DNA from: Raja brachyura
Taxonomy: Eukaryota
DNA: 64,000 nucleotides
Direction of reading: 5' to 3'
NCBI GenBank assembly: GCA_963514005.1
Contig: OY740795.1
Coordinates: 52,576,001 to 52,640,000, forward strand
Under the pieces are notes generated by a model, which worked only from the letters and a program-made list of their open reading frames with translations, searched no databases and had not been told where the DNA came from. The translations under genes and the position numbers were made by a program. Shown here piece by piece: positions 40,301 through 52,260 of this stretch. How positions within the stretch are numbered: the first letter of the stretch is position 1; each line of letters opens with the position of its first letter.

Positions 40301-40640
40301 AGGCAGGAAATTAGGAGGTACATGATACGCACAGATTAGATTTGTTCATTTTCTCTCCTCCGATTTGCTGCACTTTTTTTTTTTTTAAAAGAGCCGCTTA
40401 AATGTTTAATAATTTGTATTGCATTCTGATTCAATTATCAGTTTGAAACTGTGCAGTCAATTTGTATGGCATCTCAAGCAGTGCTTATCAGATTTCCTTT
40501 AAATTACACAAATTAATTTAAAATAATCTTGTTTTGATAGTTTTTACACCAGAGTAAAGGTACTTAGAGCAAAATCATACAATTACATGGACACTTACCA
40601 AACATAATGCTTAGTACTGTGTTCTGCTTGTCTTTTGCAG

Positions 40641-40753
40641 CTACTCGATCTGTTTATGGTGTGGGACTGGTCAACGTATCTAGCTGATTACGGGCAAGCA
40701 ACGTCCAAGTACCTGAGAGTCAATCCCAGCACAGCTCTGATACTTCTTGAGAA
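40641..40753 (+). CDS. EXOC6: EXOC6 penultimate constitutive coding exon, 113 bp
   Basis: Acceptor tcttttgcag ends at 40640 and donor GTAAGC starts at 40754. The phase 0 start matches the previous exon. Translates LLDLFMVWDWSTYLADYGQATSKYLRVNPSTALILLE plus AA. Not in the ORF track. Confidence 0.96.
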
Positions 40754-41148
40754 GTAAGCAACCTTATTTGCAGTTTCACATGTGTACATAAAGACTGATT
40801 TCTACCCAATATAAAATAGCATAGACCAAGTAATTATTTTGAATTAATTCTATTCTGAAGGAAACTATTAGTCTGCCAACTTTTTCATGTCTTAGATAGA
40901 ATTTAAAATAAATATATATATTTTAAATCTATGATTTTTGTAGAACTCTATCCAAATTTCAACTGCTAGTAAGGTATATTGCATTTATGGTAGCATTTGA
41001 AATAGAGAATGTTATTCTCAACTCACTATACCAACACTCTCCACGTCGACTGTTAAATATGCACCAACAGCTTTAAGCAGCTATCCTTTCTAATAATTTG
41101 AAGTAGCTTCTGACATGCTATCGTCATTGTCATTCCTCTCTTATACAG

Positions 41149-41160
41149 AATCTACAAAAG
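41149..41160 (+). CDS. EXOC6: Candidate 12-nt alternative microexon of EXOC6 (adds IYKR: LLEK-IYKR-MKD)
   Basis: cattcctctcttatacAG|AATCTACAAAAG|GTAAGT: pyrimidine tract, branch-like TTCTGAC at about 41108-41114, consensus donor. Length is divisible by 3, and there is no stop in the phase-2 context. Confidence 0.72.
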
Positions 41161-42229
41161 GTAAGTAGTTTTCATGTACCAGGTCATGTCGCTCATTCAT
41201 TGTTGTGAATTGAATGTTCATGCTTTGAAATTTTAGTTTGTGTTAGTGATCACTTTCATGATTAATGTATGCATCGTTAACATCATAGATTTATGAAGTC
41301 TTGACAAAACATATTTGTGATATGCTTGATTTTAACTGCATTGATATTGCATCAGTAAGCTGGTTTGGGAAAACGGTTAACATCTAACTGAATGAGATTG
41401 AAAGCTATGCCTTTGGGCAATTTAATGCAGTTTGATTTTCTTATAATCTGAGCACGTTTCTTTGTCAGACAGAAATGAATTATGATTGTTGCCCAAGAGC
41501 TTTAAATTTCCGATGCTGCATTTTGGGAATGGTTCTAACAGTGGCTTCAATGCTAGAGTTCATTATTCATGCACTATGCTAATGAATAAATAATCTCTTT
41601 ACCCAGCCTGTGTGTCTAACTCATCTTCATAGAATTATAGAATATACCCATCAATAACCATCTGGAGTAAAATGAGTGTATAAATTGTTTATAATAAAAA
41701 AAAGTCAAGGAGAATAAACTGTGCACGTAAAGAAGAAATGTTAATGATAGAAAGAACTTGAACTTAAGATTCATTTGTGTTATGAAATTTTGTGTTAATG
41801 AGTGAATTTCGTTGTTGTGCAGATTTTGCTCGAGCACAATAGTTCCACATAAATGCGGTAAAACAATTTACTTAAAATTTTCCATGCGCATTATATACAA
41901 GCGTAAACACTAAATGTGAACAGATTCATCATTGCCAGCTGAAATTGCATCTAATTTATCTGATTAATAAACATCTAGCTTTGCTATTTAAAGGAGAACA
42001 AGAGGGAAATGTGAAATTCTGAAATAAAAACAATGGTCAATAAAGAGAGAGATGGTTATATTCAATGTCATTCAGCAAAAATATCCAATGTATTCTTCAT
42101 CCCAAAAAATTCTTTCTTGGTGAATGCTGCCCATTTTGACATTTTCCAATTGCTTTTTAAAGAGTTACAGCCATATTTCATTTGAGGATACATTGTGCTG
42201 CATAGATGGTTAGATATTGCCCGTTGGAT

Positions 42230-43620
42230 ATTGTAGAGGCAGAGATGCCAAACTGCAAAATTTGGTGATGTTCTTCTCCACAGTAATTTCTCCAGTTATT
42301 ACCTTGCCTTGACTTTTCCAGTAGTGGTTCCATTGGATGTAGTGTGTAAGCTAAAGGTGAAGGGTTAAAGATAGAGCGAACCACAAAGGAGTCGGGAAAG
42401 AAGAGCTCATATCCTGATTTTATCATCCCGCAGTGCAGTGGGCCATTGCTCCACCTCTGAGGAGCATTATATCCACAGAGCCTAATGGAGAATGACATCA
42501 GGATCTTCAACAGAACTTGGGTTCTGCACCAAATTGGGGGTATCCTTATGTCCCAAGCAAGGCTCAGACACGTTGTCAACGTGGATATTTAATAAACCGA
42601 GGTTTTGATGTTTGCCGAAAAGCATCCAGATGTAGCATGCCTGCAGATGGTATCAAAGAAGGTCTTCTTTTACCAAGGCATGCTTTGAAGCATAGAGCTC
42701 CTCTTTAGTGTCGTTTGAAGCAGGAGGTGATAACTTGGAAAATGATAGGCTACCTTTTCACTGCCAAGCTGTAGGATTCCATTGCCAATGGAAGCATTAG
42801 CATTGACTTGGGGTTATCGAAATAATGACCAATGTCACTCTCTGTGCTGTAAACAGTTGGAGAAGTGCAACCTACAAAACACAACCTTACTAATATCACA
42901 TCATTGTGATAGCTCTGAATTGATCAAATCCATTGATAAAACAGGCCTCGTGCACACCATTTAACCATGTAAAGATTCCTTTTAAGATTAACAATCATTA
43001 TAGAAAAACCTGGCTTAATTAAAAATGTATTGGATAACAAGAATGTTAAGAAATCTGAAACGTCCTAATAGAAGTTTGGTATTTAAACATTTGACTCTCG
43101 CTGCAGATTGCAATAAAAATACAATTGAAGCCACTCTTTCAGTTCAGTAACATGATTCAACCACTGCATTATTATGTTTACTGGTGTGCCATTATAATCC
43201 ATCGGTGGGTCAGGAAGACTAGGATTGTACAGCGGAAAAGGGCACTGTCCATAAATCATCTAATTCTATTGACATGTCCTGGCTTCCATGTTGAACCACT
43301 CATTTAATCTTCTCGCAGCTGTTGTTATGGCTGAAGAGTGGGCTTATTCAAACTGGAGACCATTATCGCTTCCACATTGTTTCCAATTGAGTATAGAGGA
43401 CGGGTTGTGAATTAAATAATGGAAACGTTCAATGCAGTTTCAGTCAAGATTCCCAGGCTTCCAAATGTGAAGTTGAATGGGTGAGCCAAGGAGTTGGGAC
43501 TCCCTGTGAGACTGTAATATTCTAGATTCTGGTAATGGTGATCATTGATCATTGTTAAAGGGAGCACTCAGCAACTATGTATATTGTGCTTCGAGAGCCG
43601 AGTCATCTAAAAGGGTTGAC
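42230..43620 (-). mobile_element. Highly decayed LINE remnant (CR1/L2-group, uncertain)
   Basis: Patchy similarity to the element type at 49850-50750; no ORF. Confidence 0.3.
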
Positions 43621-44399
43621 CACATGTTTGCATTGCCTTCACCTTTGGTATCATTGGCTTCTTCAAGCCTTGCGTGCTCCCAGTGCTCGACCCGTTATCA
43701 GGACTAATAGATGCCTCTTCAAACTGGACAAGATTACTTTCCACCTCTCTTCTACAATGGGCTTTGACAAAGGGAAACTGCTGCTTGTGTGTTAACGCAA
43801 AGCAACGTGTGTTAATATGAAATCGGGCTCATCACGGATTATTTGTGAATGTGGGGGTGGTTATGAGATGTTAAGATTGGGAAAAGTGGTGAGAGTATGA
43901 GCTCTGCAGGGCTACTTTTGCCCACCTAGTTTTTAAGTAATGTTTGGAATGTCTTGTAGCATTGCAGCAGGGTTTGTAGAGACATTCCTACTACTAATCT
44001 CTCCTGCAATTTCCTGCCATTGTTGCTTCATTTCATTTCAATTGTTGTCCACCAAGGTGCACTGGACCCTTATCCCTCACCAATTCAAGCACTTAACTCA
44101 AGTTAAGAACAAAGGAGTTTTTGGTCTTATGAATTTATATCGTGCTTTTCATGACGTTTGAGTGTCCCAAAGTACTTGATGGCCAATGAAGTTCTGGTAT
44201 AATGAAGTCGGTACTGCGAAATAGAAAAACAAACAGCTAATTTGCACCCAGCAAGGCTCCATGATAGGTGTTAAATTGATACTTAGATAATTGTTATCAG
44301 TCATTTCATTGAAATTAATCTTAGTTATTTTATTGAGAGAAATATTGAATATAATTGTGCAAGAACTCCACGCTGTTGTGAATAATGTTTTAGCTTTCA

Positions 44400-44690
44400 T
44401 TTTAGAGATAGAGCCTGGAAACAGACCATTTGGTCCACCGAATCCACACTGACTAGCAATCACCCCGTACACTAGCTCTATCCTACATTCTAGGCACAAT
44501 TTATAGAAGTCAAGTAAATCTACAAACCTGCTGGTCTCGGAATGTAGGATAAAACCAGAGTACCCAGAGGAAACACATGCAGTCACGGGGAGGATGTACA
44601 AACTCCGTACAGACAGCACCAGTAATCGGAATCAAACCCGGGTCTCGGATGCTGTAAGGCAGCAACTCTACCAATGTGCTACAGTGCCAC
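44400..44690 (-). mobile_element. V-SINE (HE1-like), full length
   Basis: On the minus strand: A-box-like TAGCACATTGG, B-box-like GGTTTGATTCC, V-domain and CR1-type tail. Confidence 0.83.
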
Positions 44691-46966
44691 TCACCATGTT
44701 TTAGAATATTTGTTGCCCATCTGAGTCAGTAAAGGATATCACCCCAAAAGTGCAAAACTCTTCCAACAACACCTCTGAGTGCCTAGTATTCAGTCTAATT
44801 TATAAACTACCGACAGAATTGAGAAAGACTTTTCTTGAGACACATTTCAAGTTTTCCAATTTTGCATTAAAATATTGAGGGGGGGGGGCAATGCATTATA
44901 CTGACTGATTACATCACTTAGAAACTGCACTTGATTTAGATTATGGAGGAGGAGATGTTGAGTTTAACAGGTCATTTGGAGGATCAGGCCAGAGTGTTGG
45001 GCTTGTGACAGAAGAGGATTGTGTCAGAGGCAAATAGGGGGAAGGTAGGTCAGGGGGAAGACAGGCCTGGGATTGCAGGTGAATCATTATGGGGAGAATA
45101 GGAAGGGTTGGGGACTTGTCTGATTATGAGGAGGGGATTGGGAGCTGATATGAACATTCACAGTCCGTAAGAAACCACCTAAAGGGGAATGGAGCTTCAA
45201 ACCCTGTGTACTAAGTAAAGTTAAACATCCTATAAGAAATGCAAAAACTGGCCTCTCTTCTCTGGATAAGGTCAACTTCAATATTCAGACCCAGCCCACA
45301 TTGGTGCAGAACAATTTTGTGTACGGTCTATTAAAATGCAAATTGTTTTCCATTTGACATTGCTGCATGAGCCATAATGTCTAAATGCGAATGTGCATCA
45401 TATGACGAAGTTCCAGAACCAAGAATCTGTAAATCCACGAGTGAAGCATTGACTTCACAACTGAATTGAACACCAAGTTATCTACATCTGTACTCAAAGC
45501 AACAACATACTTTTACTTAAGCCTTCTATCAGACAACATTGTTCAGCCAAATGATAAATTAGGTTTTTTGATCAACTGAATGATGAAATCCTTGAAGTCA
45601 TTCTGAGCTATAAATAACTAAATGTATTCTTATCTATTCTTTAGTTTGGTTATCTTAATGTCCTGCTGACCTAATTCAACCTACTCCTCCCCCACTCCAC
45701 TTAGTGGCAGCAGGAATATTTTCTGTACAAATCCCATGGTCAACTTGCTCTTCTCTTCCCCCACCATCTCCCATTTTTCACCCTCACCGTAGGGGCTGGA
45801 TTTAATCTTCCACGGTGTTAATCTAAATCAAATACTTCAGTTAGAATCGTTCACAGTTAATTGAATTACTGTGTAAGCTGAAACAAAAATATTCTCCACA
45901 AGATTAAACCATAGATGTGAATAATTAAATGATACAACAATGCATGGAGGTAGTTTCAGCATCTGAATAATCGAACGTTGTGCAGTAAATGATTGGTTCT
46001 TATGTAGGTTTATGTTTTTTTCCCCTTCCTTTACTCCACACAGCAGCCAATGTCATGTATTCATAATCTGTTCTTTCTCTGTGCTTTACCCAACCTTGTG
46101 CACAAATAACAGGTGATTCCTTTAAGCTGCTTCTAATTCTTAGACATGTATCTGAGTGGAGAGTCTGTAGACAGTATAAAAGATGTGGACAACCCGAGAG
46201 CATAAAATTTAAATATCATGACGAAAATATATATACAGTTCCGGGGAGGGGCGGTGGGAAATCTAAAGAATTCTTGTCCAAAGTTTTTAAATCAACAAGA
46301 TCTAGCTCAAAAGACTATTTTGATTATGATTGAAATAGCTAACTTTTTCCAAGCCTAAAGAATTAGAACTCCGCACAAACTAGTAACTTGTTCAAAGTAA
46401 CAAAATACTCTGGGAAAGAGTGTTAGCTATAATCTACCCTTGCATAATATATAGCCATCATATTCCCCATTCTAACAAATACTTTATCAATCAGAGCATG
46501 GGCCATTTAAAATTTTGAATTGGTTCATTACCACTTTCATTAATGCGTCTGCAAAATAATTTCTGAGTAAATGAAGTTTTTAAACACTGGTAATTATTTT
46601 TGTCACCCTGCTCTGAATCTTTCCATAATTTCGGTATCATCCACCATACAGGGGTACCAAAGCTGAACACAACTTTCATAAAGTACTCTTAAAGCTTTGT
46701 ACAAAAGTTATTAATACCAGCTAATAACCCATTTAATTTGGGATATAATTTCTTGAATATCAGCTGCAGGCTCACTGTGGTTTATTATAACAAAAGTTAA
46801 ATGAAGTTTTACAACAAAGTAATTACAAGTCACGATTAGATTTCAGTGCAAATTAAATTACCAATCACAGGTGGAAGTTCATTGAAAAGTCCATCTGAAG
46901 TGGAAGTTCATTGAACATCTAATTCGATGGGAATGAAAATTGGTAGAAAATACATTGGAAGATGTG

Positions 46967-48343
46967 AGACAAATACTGGAGAAACTCAGCGGGTGAGGCA
47001 GCATCTATGGAACGAAGGAATAGGTGATGTTTCAGGTCGAGACCCTTCTTCAGACTGATGTGGGGGTGGGGGAGGGGGCGCGGGAAGAAGTAAGGAAGAG
47101 GCGGAGACAGTGTGCTGTGGGAGAGCTGGGAGGGGAAGGAGGGAGAAAGAAAGGACTATCTGAAATTGGAGAAGTCAATGTTCATACTGCTGGGGTGTAA
47201 ACTACCCAAGCAAAATATGAGGTGCTGCTCCTTCAATTTGCGGTGGACCTCACTCTGGCCATGGAGGAAAGAAAGGTTGGATTCAGAATGGGAGGGGGAG
47301 TTGAAGTGCTGAGCCACCGGGACATCAGGTTGGTTAATGCGAACTGTGCAGAGGTGTTGGGCGAAGCGATCGCCAAGCCTGTGGATGCAATAGATGAGGT
47401 TGGAGGAGGTGCAGTTGAACCTCTGCCTCACCTGGAAAGGTCCTTGGATGGAGTCAAGGGGGGAGATAAAGCGACAACTGTAGCATTATCTGCGGTTGCA
47501 AGGGAAAGAACCAGGGGAGGGGTTGGTTTGGGTGGGAACGGACAAATTGACCAGGGAGTGACGGAGGGAGCGGCCTCTGTGAAAAGCTGAAAAGGGAGGA
47601 GATGTGAAGATGTGGCCAGTGGTGGGAGGTGGCGAAAATGTTGGAAGATTATCTGTTGTATGTGACGGCTGGTAGATGGAATGTGAGGACAAGGGAGTTT
47701 CTGTCTTTGTTACGAGTGGGGGGATGGGGAGTGAGAGCGGAGTTGCGGGATATAGAAGAGACCCTGAGCCTCAGCTATAGTCGAAGAGGGGAACCCCCGT
47801 TCTCTAAAGAATGAGGACGTCTCCGATGCCCTGGTTTGGACCGCAGGAAATGATACACTTGTCGCTTTACCACCCCATCCAAGGACCTAAGCCGTCTTTC
47901 CAGGTGAGGCAGACGTTCACCTGCGCCTCCTCCAACCTTGTCTATTGCATCCGCTGCTCTAGGTGTCAACTGCTCTACATCGGTGAGACCAAGCGCAGGC
48001 TTGGCGATCGCTTCGCCCAACACCTCCGCACAGTTCGAATTAACCAACCTGATATCCCGGTGGCTCAGAACTTTAACTCCCCCTCCCATTCCGAATCCGA
48101 CCTTTCTGTCCTGGGCCTTTTCCATGGCCAGAGTGAGTCCCACTGCAAATTGGAGGAGCAGCACCTCATATTTCACTTGGGTAGTTTACACCACAGTGGT
48201 ATGAACATTGATTCTCCAATTTCAGGTAGTCCTTGCTTTCTCCCTCCTTCCCCTCCCCTTCCCATAGATGCTGCCTCACCCGCTGAGTTTCTCCAGCTTT
48301 TTTGTCCACCTTCGATTTTCCAGCATCTGCAGTTCTTTCACAA
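46967..48343. mobile_element. PLE insertion with long inverted arms (minus ~46967-47835, plus ~47850-48343)
   Basis: ORF 47811..48350 NLVYCIRCSRCQLLYIGETKRRLGDRFAQH..SH..EEQHLIFHLGSL is a GIY-YIG endonuclease with CxxC; mirror ORF 47156..47431 (-). TSD acatt(g/a)gaagat(g/a)tg at 46952-46966 and 48344-48358. Confidence 0.92.
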
Positions 48344-48734
48344 ACATTAGAAGATATGGTTGTCCACCAGATAGCATTTAAAAAGAGAGATGAGGAAACC
48401 CTGTGCAGAAAGTATTAAAAACTGTTAACTCACAATTTAAAGTGATCTGATGGTTTCAATATGTCACAGTTACATGTGTGTTTATTTACTATTCATCTTT
48501 TAACATTCCTGCTTTGGTGAACATGCTGTAATTCAACCTTCCTGCCAGTGGTGTCACTATACTACCTCCAGTTTTTCAATAAATTTCTAAGCTTGCCAAT
48601 GTCCATATTTTGCTATTAAACTAAGCATTATAACATAATTAAAAACGATACTAGATGTGTACATGTGGAAAGAGAATGCCACCAGTGCCCCGATCCAGTT
48701 ACCCACCTACACAAAGATGATGCATCATTTTAGA

Positions 48735-48845
48735 AACAAAGAAGTGTGATTAATGGTTTATACCAAAGATAGACACAAAGTGCTGGAGCATCTCAGCGGG
48801 TCAGGCAGCATCTCTGGAGAAACAGCATGGGTGACGTTTCAGGTT
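48735..48845 (-). mobile_element. PLE-derived short element truncated inside the hammerhead motif
   Basis: Tail motif ending ggtgacgtttcaggt. Confidence 0.72.
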
Positions 48846-49849
48846 TGGTTGTTTACATACCTTGAGAGAGCGAGTGACTGGTGTGAGTGAGAAGAGCTTT
48901 CAAAAGCATCCCAGGTTGTTGCTGTTTGTAAATGGTTGCTCTTAAAGGGTGATTGAGATGAAATGAATGTTTTCCATTGCAGATCCATTGTCATGCTCTA
49001 GTAAAATTCCCAATATTTCGACTGAAATGAGAGTAGGTTGAGTTGTTACTGATCTTTCTAACAGTATTTATTGACAAGCACATTGGCCAATGAGTGAAAG
49101 GTGGAGCACAGTGTGTTTATTATACCACAATATCAACTTATTCAGGAAAGAGTCTGTTTAAAGAACAGAAGAACCAAAAATCACAACTGACACCAAGGTG
49201 AGATCATTTTATCAAAAATATGTGAATACATAGTGAAGAATAGTTGGATTTGAATTTTATATGTAAAATCGATCCAAGTCAATTGCAATACTGTGGTCAT
49301 CAAGCTTGATTGACAGATCCAATCACTTTCATTTGCCTGGTCAAAGCATTGTCAATGTAGAAAATCTTAAAAAGATATTTCAAGTCTTGCATCATGCATC
49401 CTGCAGGTAGTCTGCACTCAAACCACCCTTGGTCCCAGCTTCAAAGAGGCATCCAAGAGTAATTAACATATTATTTGCTTGCTGTTTTCCCCTCAACATT
49501 AATGTGAGGCTGGATCATCACTGCGCTTACGAATAATTCACAATATCCTCTCTTGGGTAAAGGGTCATCAAACAACCACTTGCTTTTGGTATAGTTGCTT
49601 AAACATAGCAAAATGTTCCATTGTAATTCTCAGGAGCATTTATAGACATAACTTGACACCTATGCGCGTAAGAAGATATTGCAACAATGTGGTTGTGAGA
49701 AATAATGACAGGTTTGCTCAGTAATTGAGGTCCTGTGATTAACACGATGAATTGGAAATCCTTTGAAATCCACAATGTTCTGAATCCCACCACAATGAAA
49801 ATATTGCGCAGAACAAGCATGTCAAACCCAATCTAGCCAATCGCTGCCC

Positions 49850-50750
49850 TATAAATTGACATTGTCATGATGTGATGAGAGCTATCATGGCAAGCTTATC
49901 ATGTGGCATTTACCTGCCCACCTTGTGGCATGTATCTGCTCATAATGTGTTCAGCAATGCTCGGTGTAGGCTTTCCTGCACCAAGGAGTTCTCATGTCAA
50001 ATTCAGAGATGAGATGAGAGTGACTGCCCTTGACAAGAAGCAAGATTTGATCAAATGTAGCATCGACGCACGCTGGTAAAAGTGAAGTCCGGGCGTCGGG
50101 AGAAAAACTCCATTGGCTGGAGTTATACTTGCATCAAAAAAAGTAGTTGTGGTTGCTGGAGATCAGATATCTGAGCCCCAGGACATTACTGTAGCATTAC
50201 CAAAATCACTCGCCTTGGCTTTCCATTCTGTCGGAAGTGAGGTAGGATTACTGATGTTTGTACAATGTTCAGTTCCATTTCCAACTGGTTAGGAAATGAA
50301 GCTGTCCATGCCTGCTTGCGGGAAATCTAGATCACTTTTGGGTAGGGGGCTGATGAGTGAATAGCGACATATTGCATGTGCAATCATGAGACAAACTATA
50401 TCTACCTTGGCCAAAAATGCCAGTAAGAAACTGAGCACCTGAACTCCCCAAAGCCTTTTCTCCATCCCTAAATCACATGTTGAGAATGTGATGGGGTACT
50501 CTCCACTATGCTAGAAAAGTGACAACCCAAAAGCGCACAGCGCTTTTCATCCAAGGAGACAATGTAATTTGACAGTCGGCCTGCGACCATAGTCATAATG
50601 TATACTGTGTAGAAAATTGATTCAGTAGCATCTCCCAAATCTGTATCTGTTGAGAATCACGCCAAGCAAGTTCACCTAAGAAAATCGCACAATGTCCTAA
50701 CATGGAAATATATCTCAATTCCTTCAGTGTTGTGTTGAAATCCTGGAGCC
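49850..50750 (+). mobile_element. Old LINE RT remnant (CR1/L2-group)
   Basis: Decayed VTALD...FD..W H..LVK.K..LHWLE.YL....VVV.G..SEPQDIT motif at about 50020-50195. Confidence 0.5.
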
Positions 50751-50759
50751 ACTTCATCA

Positions 50760-51495
50760 ATACAAATACAAATAACCTTTGTTGTCATTCAACCAGACAT
50801 AGGTTTGAATGAAATTTCATTCCCTGCAGTCTTAACAATAAAATAAACATAATACACAATTAGTACAATTTCACACAAACATCCATCACAGTGAATCTCC
50901 AAGCACCTCCTCACTATGATGGAAGGCAAAAGTCTTATCTCTTCCCTGTTCTTTAGTCTTCTCCCGCGTCGAGGCGATTGAGGCTCTTGATGTTAAAGCC
51001 CCCAGCGGGCGATGGTAAGTCCCGCGGCTGATTAAGCCGCACCGGGCAATGTAAGACCCTGCGACGGGCCGTTTCAAACCCCTCGATTCAGGGTGGACGA
51101 AGTTGCCGTTGCTGGGAGCTCTCAGAAATCGGTCTCACTCCAGGGACCTGCGGGCTCCCGATTTTACGTTCCACGGGGCCTGCAGCCGAGGCCTCCGAAG
51201 GTCCGCAGTCGGGCCGCCGCGCCACTACAGCCTCCGCGCCAGCCAGCTCCGCGATGGTGAGGCCTCCGAGGCTCCACGATGTTAGGCCCCAACAAACGGA
51301 GACATGACAAGGAAAAGGCCGCCTCTCCGTTCAAGGACAAGATTAAAAAGTTAAAAGTTTCCCCCTCCACCCCCCAACCCCCCCATATACACAACTAAAA
51401 ATATACCGAAAACATACTCCAACAAGACGAAAAAAAGGAAAAAAAAGTCAGACAGATTACAGGTGAGCCGCAGCCACAAGGTGCCGCCACACCGA
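50760..51495 (-). mobile_element. GC-rich non-coding (SINE-like/non-autonomous) retroposon with LINE-type tail
   Basis: The minus strand ends ..gaatgacaacaaagg followed by (tatttg)n; the CpG-rich body has no credible ORF; hairpin at 50882-50923. Confidence 0.55.
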
Positions 51496-51651
51496 ATATC
51501 ACCATGAGAGCTCCCTGATCAGATGGACAGCAGCATTCATAAAGGTTCCAGCGGCACTTAATGAAGAACATATCTCATGGTAGAATTCTCAAATTAAAAG
51601 TCAGTCGAGGGATTTGGGATGGGAGTTCTGGAACTTGGGTGTATTACTGGT

Positions 51652-51856
51652 CTACACTATACAAAGCGATCTCAATACCAAATGTTAATGGAACTCAGCA
51701 GGTCAGGCAGCATCTGTGGAGTGAATAGACAGACAATATTTTGGATTGGGATGCTTCTTCAACCCAAAGTGCCACCTATCCATTCCCTCCAAAGATGCTG
51801 CCTGACCGGCTGAGTTCTATTAACACTTGGTATTGAGATTACTTTGTGTAGTTTAG
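51652..51856. repeat. ~80-bp-arm inverted repeat (PLE tail plus non-consensus extension)
   Basis: 51652-51732 is the reverse complement of 51776-51856 with about 10 substitutions. Confidence 0.85.
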
Positions 51857-52127
51857 ATCGGTGCTTCTGGTGTGAAAGGTGTTCAACACTAAGCGTAAAT
51901 CAGAGGACAGATATCAGAGCTATCTGACTAAACCTTACGGAGAGTGAGCATTGGGAGGCTGATCTTTATGCTCCTAACATGACATGCTACTGCAAGTTGT
52001 ACTTTTGAACATCATTTCTTCTGCAGTGGATGCTGTGTTCTTTTGGTGATGTATTAATGTGGTAACATTTATTTCAATTTATTTAGCAGATGTGAAACAC
52101 TAAAAATGGCATTAATTTATTTTGCAG

Positions 52128-52260
52128 AATGAAAGATACCAACAAAAAAAACATTATATTTTCTCAGTTCAGAAAAAATGACCGTGATAAACAGAAACTA
52201 ATCGAGACAGTAGTGAAGCAACTACGCAGTTTGGTGAATGGCATGTCCCAACACACATAG
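52128..52260 (+). CDS. EXOC6: EXOC6 terminal coding exon
   Basis: Acceptor ttattttgcag ends at 52127. The first A completes the Lys codon (AA|A), then MKDTNKKNIIFSQFRKNDRDKQKLIETVVKQLRSLVNGMSQHT-TAG, matching the recalled EXOC6 C-terminus. Confidence 0.96.

Noticed and set aside
46870-46920. Tandem duplication of gtggaagttcattgaa
   Set aside because: Small local duplication with no further structure.
47811-48350. GIY-YIG ORF as a functional nuclease or defence system
   Set aside because: It is a truncated PLE endonuclease without RT, has a frameshifted end, and has many decayed siblings in the window.
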